NCBI RefSeq assembly: GCF_009914755.1
Contig: NC_060937.1
Strand: one strand, 5' to 3'
Length of the DNA: 64,000 nucleotides
Origin: the human T2T-CHM13v2.0 reference genome, Homo sapiens
This document shows positions 39,501 through 54,690 of the stretch, one piece after another. The notes below the pieces were generated by a model that made no database searches, was not told where the DNA came from, and saw only the letters and a list, made by a program, of their open reading frames with translations. Within the stretch, counting starts at the first letter, position 1. Every line of letters starts with the position of its first letter. Made by a program: the position numbers and the translations under genes.

Positions 39501-42271
39501 AAAGTCTAAATGAACTAATAGATTTCTATGTAATAATGTTAACATCTCAGTTACAATTAAAACCATAGAAAGAAAACGAAACAGCACTGTCTGTGCAGCA
39601 ATGAGAAGAACACTACCATAGCACTACACTTGCTTAATGGGAAACCCCTTCACCCTACAGGAGTAGTTGTATTGGCCTCATCCAGAGTGGAGTTACTGAA
39701 GACGAAGTACTACAATGCCTGCATACCACATCATTTAGATCACATTAGTATACCCAGTCAGTAAAAGGAGAGGAAGTTGGTGCCAGTCCCTTAGCCAGAT
39801 TTTGACTTGCTTCAACGCAAGTCACATCCTGTTTTCAGGACTTCACCAATGTTTCCTGCTGGCATAACCCATAGATAGTTTGTATGCATTGATTCCATTG
39901 GTCTTTAGTACATTAACAAGTGGAGATGGGGTGCAACAGAGAATTGGTATGTATTACCTCTTTATGTCCCTACTGTAGGTATGATTTGCTCATGGTGGGC
40001 ACTAAAAATATGTTTAATTATTCAAATTGAGACACTTGTGACAAAAATAACATTATTAATGCTAACATTACATACTTCTCATAACTTTCTTGGATATAAC
40101 ACAAAAAATAGAAATATGAAATAGAAAATACAAAAATAAAAACTACAATAAAAATAATAGGCAAAATTTAGAGTGTATACATTAGACTTATTGGCATGTC
40201 AAATATTTTATAAATTCCTTTCCCCGTTTGAATGTGTTTCATATGACACCAAACCTACTTTTTTGGAGCATGTCTTCCATGCAGGTAAAAATAAGTAGTA
40301 TTAAAGCTGCTTACAATATAAAACTTTATTTTAATCCATTTACAACTAAACAAATATGAAATTTAACAACATATACTGTTGACAGGGAATAGAGTAGATG
40401 ATGTAAGATCATATGATTACTGGAAAATTACACTTACCTCATGAGAAAACTAAGCAGTGGCTTCATTTCCTAGTATTAGAACTTTCTTGGTGTCTGCTTG
40501 TCCTAAAAGATAAACAACAGCTAGCATGCAACATGAGTCTTTCATTTACACAGGACAAAGAGTACATACTTACTCTCCTTGTCTTCCAATATTAACTTGT
40601 CCTAATGGAAAAATTTCATCACCGAGTGAAAGATAATTGCCCTACATCTCCCTCTGGGAAACAGGTTAGCAACAGACCTAGGACATCTTGAAATTTGGAT
40701 TTCCATATTCAGAAACTGCATATTACTGGCTAGATACAGTTGAGTTAGAGCAATCTAGGCAGATGATGGGGTTCAATTTCAGTGTTGTTCCTTTTCAGGC
40801 AATGAAAAGTAATGGAACAAGAGCAGATCTCTCCCCTCATTGCTAAATGCAATAAAAGAGCAGGCTTCCTTTCTCCAATGCAAATGACACCATCTTCAGG
40901 TTGCTGAATAAATCCTCTATTGTTGACATTCTAAGGAAGAGGAATTCAATTCCATAGCATCAAGAAGGAGCCAAGGACATGGTAATTGATACTCAGAATT
41001 ACAAGGTAACCTATTTTCACAGAAAGGTCTTGAAAGTAACAAAAAAGTCTTAGAAATTACCCACAGATTCTGAAAACAGTGGCCACAGAATTAGGTGGTA
41101 TTAAGTATTGTGCTGTCCTTTTTTTTGGGGGGGAAAACTACTTCTAAGAAACAGGGTATGTTGCAATTTAAACTCTAAGAAAAAATAAATATTATATTTT
41201 AGAAAACACTACGAAATATGTCTTCATATTTTTTATGAAAGGAAAATGAATAGAGTGATTTACAATAGTCCAGAAAACAAATAATTTGGTGTCATACAAA
41301 ATAAATGAATATGTTATTATATGAAACAAATAAATAATTATTTAGACACATAAAATGGAATGTGCACAATTATGTGTGTAGTCTACAAATATATTCAGAA
41401 CTTTTAGTTATAATATTGAAATACTACCATTGTCTTAAACCTAAATCTGAAAAAGGGATATAAAGAGAGGAATGAAAGATAACTGAAAAGAAAATAGAAA
41501 CTACCATCAACAAAATTCCTTTCCTAAATGTATTTTTCCATTTGTGTGTATGTGAGTGCGATGGTGAGAAATATAATGTGTTGAGAATAAAACAATACTT
41601 ATTTGAATTGTCATTCTAATTAATTATGTACATGTAAGATTCCTTAACTTAGGCTAACTGAAGACTTAGAACAACATAAAAGACAAATAGCGCAAGGGGG
41701 ATTGGTCCACACAATTTAGTTAATATCTGAGATGTTTCTTCTTTCAGTGGGTCTTCAGTGGTTCTCCAAACAGAAACCAAATTCTCCTCCTCCAAATTTC
41801 TGTAGCTTTTTGTGGCCAGATGCCTTGTGCTGCTGAATATATTGCAGTATAGTTGTTGAAACTCCTTAAGTGCAAGACTGATGTCAAACTTAATTACCTC
41901 TGTCTAAGATCAATTTCATAAAATGTATACTTATGACAGCAATTTGCTAGAATTATATCACTATACATACAGTAACATGAAACTCTTCAGTGAATAATAT
42001 TTGCAAAAATAGTTCTAGGTATCAACGTTTTAGCTTAAAACAAAACATATTTTAAAAATAGAAATGTCTGAGAGTAAGTGAACATTCCTTGTATGCCTAT
42101 TAAAGATGAAAGCAAAACATAAATATTGGCTTTTCCCTAATAAATGAGTTGTGTTACAAAGGAGACATTGTTTTATGCACTGTAATCTGACCTCATGTTG
42201 TCCTTATGTAGGTTCCTTTTGACTTTTCTTAAAAAAAAACCTTGACTTTTCTTCTGTTTCCTTTGCCTGCT

Positions 42272-42596
<325 letters not shown>

Positions 42597-42619
42597 TGCC
42601 TGCTCCTTTTTTGTATACC

Positions 42620-43630
42620 ACCTCCCTTCTCCAAATATGAGGGTTCTAAGATCTTCCCTGGACTATCTCATTCTTTCTTATTTCTCTCGTGATAATCTTG
42701 TTAAATCTCATGACTTCAGGTCACAGTTCTCTTCAGAAAATTAACAAATCTTCATCTCCACTTCAACCATTTCCTGAGTTTTAGTTCCAGACTTCTAATT
42801 GCCCAATGAACATGCCACCACAAACCCACACTTGGTCTTCAAACCCAATAGGTTCAACGCAAAACTCATTATCTGCTCTTTGAAATTATTTCCTCTAATT
42901 CTTTTGTTTCTACCTTAATTGTACCAGCTTCAGTGCCAACCAAGTTTAAGCATTCAGCTTTGGTTTTTACTCTACTCCCTGTCTTGTTCCCATATCCATG
43001 AATTAGCTAAGGTTAAGCTTGTCTCTGCAATGTCTTTTGTGTCCTTTTCTTTAAATCCTACTAAAACATGAGCCCTTCATAACTTTCCCTCATTTCCCTC
43101 CCTTCTGTCCAGTAATAAAACTTACCAACAGGCTTCTAACTCTAGATTCTTTTTAGCCTAAACCACCTTTGTTCTAAACCGAGATTATTGATCCTAGATC
43201 ATAGTTTCTTATCATGTTGCTCCCTTAATCACATTCAAGTTCAAATTATCCAACATAATACAGATAGGCAGTCAGGAGCTATTGAAGGCCCCTGGCAGCT
43301 GCTTCATCTTTTCGCTCTCATATCCTACCCCTCCATTTCAAGCACACTTCGCATACTCAGTCAGCCCTAGTTGACGTGTTCATCGCTGCTTGAAGGTGCT
43401 CAATTTCAGAATATTCTCAGGCAGGAACAGAAAAATAACTTCTTCTGAATCTTCACTTTTCTGCATTCCCCTCTTTCTTCAATACTCTGATTAACAATTA
43501 CCTTCTCCACAATGCATTATTCACCTTGAGGGCAAACATTTTCCATATTCATCTTTTTAGTCCTAGTACCTAGCAAAATTTATCATCTATCCTAACATTC
43601 AAAAAAGATTTATTGAAAGTAATTGAATCA
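42620..43630 (+). mobile_element. L2 fragments
   Basis: Pyrimidine-rich L2-like body ending in CCTAGTACCTAGCA...TTTATTGAA. Confidence 0.6.
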
Positions 43631-46201
43631 TCTGAAATAATTTCTTCTTTTGAAATTACTTTAAAATATAAGTATACTTTTATTGTCATTTTAATATTTT
43701 TCCTTAGTTTTCCTTATATTAGATTTACTTTTATGTTGGTCTTATCTCTCCAATGAGACTATAAAGTCTTACTTGGTAAGATTAATCTTTTTATCCCCTA
43801 AAGACCTAGAATAGATTCTCTCATATAGTAATAAGCAAAAATTTAAAGAATATGTCTTTGGGATTTTTTCGATATAAATCTATTTAAATAGTTATTGGTT
43901 TATGAAGCTAAGCACAAAATCTATTTAGCTCATCATTGTTGCTGGCATGTTAGGTATGTAATTTTTTTAAAATGTGCTAAACATTTATTGAGGAATATGA
44001 ATAATTAAGTAGAAAATAAAATAGAAAAAATATATATTTACTATTGGTTTGCAATAGGAGCAGTGGAGTGAGAAGCATATAAAGAAGAATGCTACACAGA
44101 TTCTGATATGAAATTCTATGCCCTTTTATGAGGTGCTGTAGTATTTAAAGTATAGGTACTTTATTATGTTGGAAATGATTGCATATATGTCTATATATGT
44201 ACAGGCATATGTGTGTATATAAGTGTAATTTGTCTCGATCATCAGCCAGTTATTGGTATTTGTTTCACCTACATTTGACATAGATTTGCATATGCTATGG
44301 CTGACCACTTCAGTGAAAGTAAAACAATGAAGAATTGGAAATTCTGAGCTCTAGTAAGGGGATTTCCATGTTTTCAGCTTAGTTACATTTGATAACATCA
44401 TGTATATATGTATATATGTGAGAAATCATAACTATTTGTTGGGTGAAATCTATTTTTTTTTAAGTTGGACATCCTGTCCTTTAGCTGTCCAGGTCCTGAT
44501 ATGCACGTTACACACGTGAGTGCATGTGAGCGTACCCACCCACCCCCAAACATGCACACGCACATTTATCACTTCATATTTTTCTTGTTCAAAGTTGCCA
44601 CCTAACCTACTTCCCACTTAAAATTATGTGGAAAAGTCTCAGCCACCGCACGGTGCAGCAACTGCAGATTTGCACATTGCCTGGCATCCTCATTAATCGG
44701 ATGTGAAATCCAGGAAGAATGTGGACTCAAAGCCTCTTCTTCACACGGGATGTGCTATTCTGATTATGAAAACAGAGCCTCCAACACAGTGCTCGTCCTA
44801 AAGGAATTGCCCCTTAGTGTGGACTGCCTGGAAGAAAACTGTAAAAGGCTCTCTGTAATTTTATTTTCTTTAACGTCTCAGTTGAAAGCATATACTCTTT
44901 TTTTGTTATTTTATTGATTCACAGCCCTAAAAAAAAATTTAAATATAAGATGTTAAAAATTGTAAAGAAAAGTGCAACAGCTGAATTACATACACTTGTA
45001 TCTCCTTTGAACTCTAGGTGCTCTATCCAATTGCCAAGAAAGAACTGTATAGCCTCTTTTATTACCCTTGTAAATGTACCCAGAGACTATTATGTGATGT
45101 GGGTGCATCCAATAAATAGGATAAATAAGTAAGTTTATAGCAGAGCCCTTTCAGGCAACCTTAAAAAGACCAGGCAGCTAAGCAATCACGTGGTAGCTAG
45201 TTTCAGACAAGTACTAAAACTTAGCAGGCGTTCCCGAGTCGCCAGATGCCATTACTCACATGGCTGTGATTAGAAAACGTGAATGATTCTTCCTTTTTTA
45301 GGGCTCCTATCGCCTTTAAAATTTGATTACATCTTACAGCAATATCTCAAACATATCCTGTCAGGGAAAAATACATACCAATATTTTATGTTTCATTTAA
45401 GAATACCAGGCATAAATGTCTAATGGAAACGGCTAAAGGATGTCGCTGTACAGCATGAGCTCAGATGTCCTATGTCGTTATGCTACCATTAAAACAAAAG
45501 AATAAAGAACCTCACAGCCTCCGTTTGAAGCTTTAGCTTGTTTTGAACTTTCAAACCAGAAACATTTTCCTGAAATGTGTAGACAAATAGATAACAAAGT
45601 GCTGCAAAGTGTGCCAACATTATAGCTTTGCTTCATTGTTTTTAAAACATAAGCACTGAGTTTGGATTCTCTGTTCTCTTGGAATGCCATTTAAGTTACT
45701 AATAATTGGCTTTAAGTGCATAGCTTCAGCATTCTTCTCACTACCTTAGAAAAGTAGGAAATAACTGCGGACACATTGTTCTCCACTGCAGGCCCAGGAG
45801 CTCCAGGAAAAATAAATAAATAAATAAGAGAACACTCCTTACTGGATGTTTTAGCACGCCATGATCTAAAGTAGAGGTTTGTTTTATTTTTCTGTTTTTA
45901 AAATTGTATTTTCATACCAACAAGACAGTTACAGTGAAGGGATTCTAATCACTGTTAAGCACCTAGTGTATGCCAAGCACTGAGCAAGGTAGTGTTACAG
46001 CCTACACGATATTCTGAAGTTCAAATTATGGGAAGAGTGCTATCCCTACCAAGAAGATATTGGTGATCTTACGTGCCGCAAATTGCCATGGCCTCTAGAA
46101 CATGAGATGCACTTTCAGTCCATGTTCCGGTCAAAAAACAGCCCTACACTGGGAAGAACAGGGCATAGGCTCTTTGATCTGTCTAAGCAAATTTCTTTTT
46201 C

Positions 46202-46490
46202 CTTTTTTTTTTCTTTTGAGATGGAGTCTCGCTTTGTGGCCAGTGCAGTGGTGCGATCTAGGCTCACTGCAACCTCCGCCTCCTGGGTTCAACTGATTCC
46301 TCTGCCTCAGCCTCCTGAGTAGCTGGGACTACAGGCGCCCGCCACCACGCCTGGCTAATCTTTGTATTTTTAGTAGAGACGGGGTTTCACCATGTTGGCC
46401 AGGATGGTCTCGATTCCTTGACCTCGTGATCCACCCACCTGGGCCTCCCAAAGTGCTGGGATTACAGGCATGAGCCACTGTGCCGGGCCC
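46202..46490 (-). mobile_element. AluSc-like with a short internal deletion
   Basis: 15-bp TSD GCAAATTTCTTTTTC at 46187-46201 and 46491-46505. Confidence 0.93.
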
Positions 46491-46720
46491 GCAAATTTCT
46501 TTTTCAAAAACAAAACCACCACCACCAACAACAACAAACAATTGTCTCTTATCAAGAAATCCTTCAGATATTGCTATACATAATTTGACCCTGAACCGGG
46601 TTCACCCTACTTGAGACTTACCCTGAAGCTTCTGATACACAAAAAATGTTAATGAATTGGCATCTATTCCACAAGTGTTTGTAACCAGCCTTATATTCTT
46701 TGTGTTGCTAATGCATGGCA

Positions 46721-46858
46721 CCAGTGGTTCTCAAAACAATCTACACACCATCATCATCCGAAGACTTTTTAAAAATACAGATGCCTGGGCTCCTGCCCAG
46801 ACTTACAGAATTCATAGTAGATTCTTCAAAGCAACCAAATTTGAAACTCTGCGCTAGA
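46721..46858. mobile_element. MER5-like hAT MITE
   Basis: CAGTGGTTCTCAAA terminus and AAAAATACAGATGCCTGGGCTCC. Confidence 0.7.
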
Positions 46859-47435
46859 CTTTATATGTATATACTGTGTATATACATATATACAACATTT
46901 ATATATAAAATTTAATTGAATACTTACAAAACTTCTGTAGGCAGGGATTTTACCTGTATTTTTTACGAAGTAGGAGTCAGGCTAAGGAATGAATAATAAT
47001 AGGCTCAAAATTGTATATCTAAGTGAATGGTAGGCTTCATATGATAAGGCAGGTAAATCCATCTCTAAATTCTATGCTCATCCTATTTATCGCATTGCCT
47101 CACCCAAAGGAAATCAAATAGGGAACTCTTTCAGAGAATGAATGAAAAAAAAATTCTTAAATGAGGTCTCAGGTGATCCTGAAAAATGCAATAACCAAAG
47201 CATCTCCAGGATATCTTACACTGTAACATTAATCAATTAATTCATTAGTCCATTCAGTGAGCAATCATTTATTGTTTTCCACCTATGTACCAAGCACTGA
47301 AAATATGTAGAAAATAAACAAGTCAAAATAATCTTGAAAGTATTTGTTTACAAACAAATCTCGGCAAAAGTAAAGTTAAAAAAGGGGTTGAAGTCAATTT
47401 GTCCTAGTGTAAGTGGGCTTTGTATAAAACATAGC

Positions 47436-47830
47436 ATTTATGGGTTGATTTTTTTTTCTCTGCAAAAGATGCGTTGAAGTCTTAATTCCTAGTATCTATA
47501 AATGTGACCTTATCTGATAATAGAGTCTTTGCAGATGTAATTAAGATGAAGTCATACTGGAGTAGGCTGGGTCATTAACCCAGTATGACTGGTGTCCCTG
47601 AGAGAAGAGACAGGGGCACACACACATACACACAGAGAGAGAGAGAGAGAGGGAGAGACAGAGAGAGAGAGAAGAATGCCATGTGGATACACAGACCCAC
47701 AGAGGGAAGACGTCAGAGACTGAATTTAAGAAACTGCAAGCCAGAGAATGGTAAGGATTGCTGGCAACAGCAGAAGGGCTGGGCCATTAACCCAATATGA
47801 CTGGTGTCCCTGAGAGAAGAGACAGGGACA

Positions 47831-47884
<54 letters not shown>

Positions 47885-48143
47885 CAGAGAGAGAGAGAAG
47901 AATGCCATGTGGATGCACAGACACACAGAGGGAAGACGTCAGAGACTGAATTTAAGAAACTGCAAGCCAGAGAATGGTAAGGATTGCTGGCAACAGCAGA
48001 AGCCAAGACAAAGACATGGGGCAGATTCTCCCTTGAACTTCAAAGAGTACATTTGGAACTCAGATTTCTCGCCTCCTAAATTTCTGTTGTTTTAGGCCAT
48101 CCAGTTTGTAGTGATTTTTTATGGCAGTCCTCGAAAAGTAATA
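47436..48143 (+). mobile_element. MLT1B/C LTR with an internal tandem duplication
   Basis: AATGTGACCTTAT...GTCTTTGCAGATGTAATTAAG. 3' end TTTCTGTTGTTTTAGGCCATCCAGTTTG. Confidence 0.88.
47565..48002 (+). repeat. Direct tandem duplication (212 + 226 bp), each copy with (CA)n(GA)n
   Basis: Copies at 47565-47776 and 47777-48002 are nearly identical. Confidence 0.97.
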
Positions 48144-48146
48144 CTC

Positions 48147-49270
48147 AGGGATTCTCAAAATTTTGAAGTCAGAACCTCTTTAGATTATTAAAATTTATTG
48201 AAAACTCCAAAGAGCTTTTGTTTTTATGGGATATATAATCAATATTTATTGTTTAATAATTAAAAGTGGTAAATTTTTAAAATAGTAACTTTTAAAACAG
48301 GAGCATCCTCATTATGTATTAATATAAATAATATATTTTAAAGTAACTTTTTTCAAAAACAAAATTCACTTAGAAGAGTGACATTGTTTCACATTTTTGC
48401 ATCTCTTTAATGTCTTGCTTCATAAAAGGCAGCTGGGTTCTTATATTGACTTCTGCTTTCAATCTGCTTCAATATGTTGTTCTGAGTGAAGTATATTAAG
48501 GAAATATGGCCTCATACAGATATATAGTTGGCAGAGAGGAATATTTACTTGTCTTTTCAGATAATTCAAGATATTCTTCTTGGATGCTATACCTAAACTC
48601 ATTAAGTGGTAGTATCTTAAGCTTGTTGCTATGTAGAATCCGAAACTTTATAAACTTTTTATACCCTTTTCTATTAAATCCATTGGTTTTTTAATATCTA
48701 GCTTTCATTTTGAATGGATCTTTACGCGTGCATAATTTTGTATCAATGTGCACTATTCATTTTGAAAATATTGGTTTACTCACTTAGGGCTAATCTTCCA
48801 ATGTTGACACATGTCCTTATACAATAGAAAAAAAAATAGCACGGGTTAATGTCAACAATCTTAACTGAAAATTCTTTAAGTTTTGGGTAACCAGTAAGTT
48901 CATGGTGGCCAATACAATTTTTTTATTCTAATTTTGATTGGTAACCGAAATTTTATAATTGATAGTTGATACTCTAGTTATCCTTGAAGTGACATGCTCA
49001 TTTTATTCAATTTGAAAATACGTCTGACATACACTGAATCCCTTATAAAGATCATTTATCTGTCAAGCATTCTTTCAAGTAAACATGGTGCTCTGTGATT
49101 AAAACTGCTAGTTCAGCTTGTAACTCAAGAACATGCTATTATCCCAGGACAACCATCAGAATTGGAGATGAAGCAGAAGTGCCTTTCATGTATTTCCCCT
49201 TTTATTACAGGGAATATTTTTTAAAGTCTATTTAAGTGTAAAAATATAATAAGATTTTACTGCTTCTGAG
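48147..49270 (-). mobile_element. Charlie1a-like hAT element
   Basis: CAGGGATTCTCAAA terminus. AGAAGAGTGACATTGTTTCACATTTTTGCA is the antisense of the same transposase end seen at 29.5-30 kb. Confidence 0.8.
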
Positions 49271-50596
49271 TTAACAAGAGAAGAAAGAGAAGAAAAGAGT
49301 GCATGAAGACATGTAAATAATATTAGGCACTGTTTTCTGCTTTGGGAAATGTCCAACAACTGGACAAAAATCTTTCCCAATTATTTCATACTTATGCGAC
49401 CTTAAATATTTTACAAAATCTCTGTAGGCCTCTGCTTCCTTAATGGCATGAAGAAAGCTTCCACAACATTATTATAAGTCTCAGATCCAATTATTTATAA
49501 GGCATCCAGCATGGGGCCTGGTACTTGTTGGTGATGACAAAAAATTTAGTCCTTCACAACACTAGTCTTCTGACAAGGGCTCTTGTCCAAGGTATTAGAG
49601 CATTGACATTTATTTTCACCTGACATGTACCTGACATGCAGGCAAATTTATCTTTCCTCCATAGAGCATTGCGGGTGCAGAAATGGTAGAGATGGGAGTA
49701 CCTTTACTTACTGAGGGTGAGAAACCAATGGCATAGAGAAAGAGAGATTTAATATTCAGTTGTGACAGGATGTGGGAGCAAAATGTCAAAGTTCTCAGGA
49801 GAAGATAGGATGTAGATTACAGATGAAAAATAGAAGGCCTAAGTAGGAGGCGAGCGTACCTCTTCGAGAACAAGAAGAAATGAAGTTAACACTGAGACCT
49901 ATGCAGATAAGTTTTCATGGGATTGAAATTGGATAGAAATATTTTTGTTCCGATGTATTTTTGTTACCAGGAAGGGACTGCGGTTTCTGAGTTTCCTGCA
50001 CACCCATGTGGATGTGACAGAGCAGGAGGACCTGGGGCTAACTTGAGGGTCATAAGACCGGGTACTGCTCCAGGAAGCTGTCTTCCAGTTTAGAGCCAAG
50101 GGGCTGAGGGTCACAATGCTCATCCCAGTGTTTGTTGGAAAGAGGAGTTGACAGTCAAAGGAGTCGTCTCACACTCTATGGGATACTGCCCTACAACATT
50201 ACAATCAGGATTGTGCCATTATGTGAGAAATTCTACAGCTAAATTTCTTTGCTATACGCTTGAAAAATACCATTCAGCTTATTTCCTTCCAATGAGAAAA
50301 ATCTGGGGAATATTTGCTAAACACAACTCTTTTTATGTTAAAATATTTACATTCGTTCTAAATGGTTCAGTAAAGGAAATGGGATTGTTTACTGGCCTCT
50401 AACTCAAAATGAGATGTACCTGATGTCATATTCGTAGTCTGGTACTCCAAGCTTTTTCAAAGTGCAGAATTACCTGTGAAGACAAAGCAATCCAAACTTG
50501 TCTTTCTATTAGGATTTGGTGGTATACAGTGACTAAATTTTTCAAAATGCTTCTTTCTCTATGTGGAGAAAGGATGAAGAAAGTATAAAGTACTAA

Positions 50597-50996
<400 letters not shown>

Positions 50997-53900
50997 TTTC
51001 TTTTTAATATGATTGTTTTCTTCACTTAAATATGAACTGGTTGATAAAGTTTTATGGAGATATTCTACAACAAGGTACATCATGTGAGTTTGAGATCATG
51101 TGATTGGATTTCTGCTGCACTAATTACCCCAGGGATTAAGGTGGCTGAAATGTATCAGATTGTCTAATTTGTTTACCAAATAGAAAGGCAGGCATATAAA
51201 GTCATCTATTTCATTTGAGTATTAGAGACATATTATAAGTAGAAAATCTCATCTCTATGTCTTGCAGCATAATTATCCTTTTGCTACGAAGAAAATATTT
51301 CACCTTCTACATCTTGACTTACAATTTGCTTTATTACTTGTCTTCCTTTAGGAAATAGCTCCTCTGCTGTCTCTTTTTAGTCTACTTATCCAATTGTGTT
51401 TTATAAGCACCTAGTTTTTGTGGTAACATTCTACTCTCACATGTATCAGTGCACTCAATTCTATCACTGCCCTGGAACTGTGCTTACTCAAGTATCTTTC
51501 CCAATAGAGTGAGGGACTTAAGATGAAGAATACATTTTTTGAAGTGTTGCATCCAGACAATGAAGCTGCTATTGAATGGACACTTGAAATAAATTAATAA
51601 TTAAGAAATAATTCTATGATGATGCACCTAATTCCATTTCCAGCAGGTGACAGCCGTTAAGAGAATCAGGACACATTTCAGCCTGTGTACATAGAATTTA
51701 TCTCCATTTTCTGTGTCCTTTATATGGATATAACCAAGCCCTGTAGCTCACAAAGGCACAGAAACTAATTGCAGTTTCTATAACCCCTCCTGAAAAAAAT
51801 TTTGACCTCCTAGAAGCTTATTATAAATGAATCCAGTTCAGAGGATTGAAACATTTTTATGTTGTGAATCTATGTTAGAAAAGGCAATGGCATATGGCAG
51901 CAAGAAGCTATTCATATTGACCTAGAGAAAACAGACTTTTGCAAGAGGAACATAGTTAGCATGATTGCCCCCTCTTCTTTTTGAGACTATTGTATATGTG
52001 AGCCAGCAAAGACAAAACTGATGACTGATTAGAGTTTTATGAATCAGAAAAATAGTTCTCATTTTGGAAAACATAGGAAGTAAAACAACTGTGCCTCATG
52101 GGAAAGATTTTCAAAACTAGAATAGAGGATTTCCCAGTTTAAAAAAACAATGGAAGAAGATGTTATTATTATTTTTTCTACGTTGTCCAGCTTTTAGACC
52201 CAGTTGAACTTTGCTTTTCTGTACTTACCCATCAGCGCTGGTCTAACTACTTCAAGTGCGAGCCTGCCTGCAAGCAAGTTGAGTGTGACCTTATGAATTC
52301 TTGGATATCTTCTTGCCACTTCTATAATGCAGGAAGGGTCCTAAAAATTATCTTTTATAATTAGATCATTTATAGATTTTAGTTAATAAATCTAAGATTT
52401 ATTTTTTTCTGTGTAAGAACCTTGATTTGTGTTAAACATTTATTCTCATTATACAGTACAATTCATGTGCATGGTACTAGGCAAATAACAATCCTGAGAA
52501 TAATAGATTCATCTCACTAGATTAAACAAGACAGCTATTGAATGCTTAATTAAAAACAAAGTGATAATAAGAACATATTTCCAGAGATTCAATCAAATGG
52601 CAACACATACACAATCTACCAAATAAGCCATCATAAGATAATTAAAAATTTTTAAATAATTAGCTATTATAATAAATGTGTAGTTAAGTTGATTTAATAT
52701 TATCTAATTCTTTGAGGGATATATTTCCATAAAAGATGGGTTAGAGTATATTTAGCAATACCAATAGCAACTTTTCTTTTAATTTATAAATGTTAGGAGT
52801 ATGAAAAAGTAGCCTATTTATCTAAAGATGAAAAATATTTAATTTTTAAAGTATTCACCAAAATACCATTGCAGAATTTGAAATGGCACTAAGTTTTGGG
52901 TTTAGGGGCAAAGAGTTTAAAAAACATCTGGAGATGCTGAAATAACCTGCATTCATTTATGTTATTTAGGTTGTAAAATCATATTCAATCTTGACCCACT
53001 CAGGAAATCTAACATAAACGTCCTGCTGATTTTGACAGTCATACAGCAAAAACACCCTCTAATGAGCATTTAATAGTCACCAAAAGTTTTGCATTAAGTA
53101 CAAAGCCCTTTTGATTACTTATTCCACTAATTTAAAGTAAATGCTTTTACAGATGGCATCTGTTAGGCCGCAGAACGTGTGCAGCATTCATATGCACTCA
53201 TTGAAAATAGATTCCAGCTTCACTAGAAAGATTGTACCAAAAAGATCAAAAATGAGACACTGAGTAAACATTTACCAGTGATATGTTTTCTTTAAACCTC
53301 TTCATAAATACTTATCCAATAAGAGAGTACAATGCTTAGGGCCGAGCAGTAATTGAGAAATACCTTGGCAAATTAACACCTACAACTGAATGATCTAGAC
53401 AAAGACATAGAGCTCTCTGTTCTACCTCTCATCTTCTTACGTGTGGAAGCATGTAATATTTCAGTCCCCTTCAAAGTGTATTATATTACATACATGAAAA
53501 ACGCCATGAAATACTTTCAGATGGCCGAGCTGATCAGAAAAAAAAACGACACATTGCAAAGAAAAATCAAAGGAAGCCAAAGATGGCCTTATAGACAGAT
53601 GAATGGATAATTTTCTGGTTTTCTTTTCATTAATAGATTTACTGTGAGTAATAATTCCTTCAGACATCAAGAGACATTCTAACAGAGAACTAATATAAAT
53701 TGAATTATGAGATTATATAACTGAACTTCATTTATTCATAAGAAATATCATACAATGAGAAGACATGAAATGAATCCATTGTTCCTGGTGTCTAATTCTG
53801 TTTTTTATGCTTTGGGAAGAACAGGAGCTCTCTCTGGCCTATGGAGTACAATATAATGTAGTAGAATCATAAATGGCGACCCCGTAAATGTAAACGAAGG

Positions 53901-54096
53901 TGAGAACATATCCCACACTTGCTAATAATGCAAAAAGTTGCTTAGAAAATACCAAGAAGTAGCCATTCTGATATCAAGTGACTCATTGATTTGTAAGTTT
54001 GGAACTAATTAATGAAACTTCAAAGGCAACAAGAATAAGTTTATTGAATAAGTACCAGCATCTAGTTTTGTATTAAGAAATTGAGTGATAGAATAA

Positions 54097-54424
<328 letters not shown>

Positions 54425-54569
54425 CCTCAAATCTTTCATTTACTAATATGGTTAAAAATATATGCTTGAAAGCAAAACTACGATAGAAATATATCAGTTT
54501 GTCCAGCTTGGTACTATTGTATTGCAGGCTAAAAAGTCCTTTGCTGTAGAATGCTGTTAGACACACTAA

Positions 54570-54690
54570 CAGAGAGATTTAGCAGTATCTGGCTTTGTCC
54601 CACTAAATGACAGCAGCATCCCCCAAAACCAGTTGGAACATTCAAAAATGTCTCCAGTGATACAAAATAGTCGCTGGATGAAAACCTGTA
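54570..54690 (-). mobile_element. MER20 fragment
   Basis: TTTAGCAGTATCTGGC...AAAAATGTCTCCAG. Confidence 0.55.
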
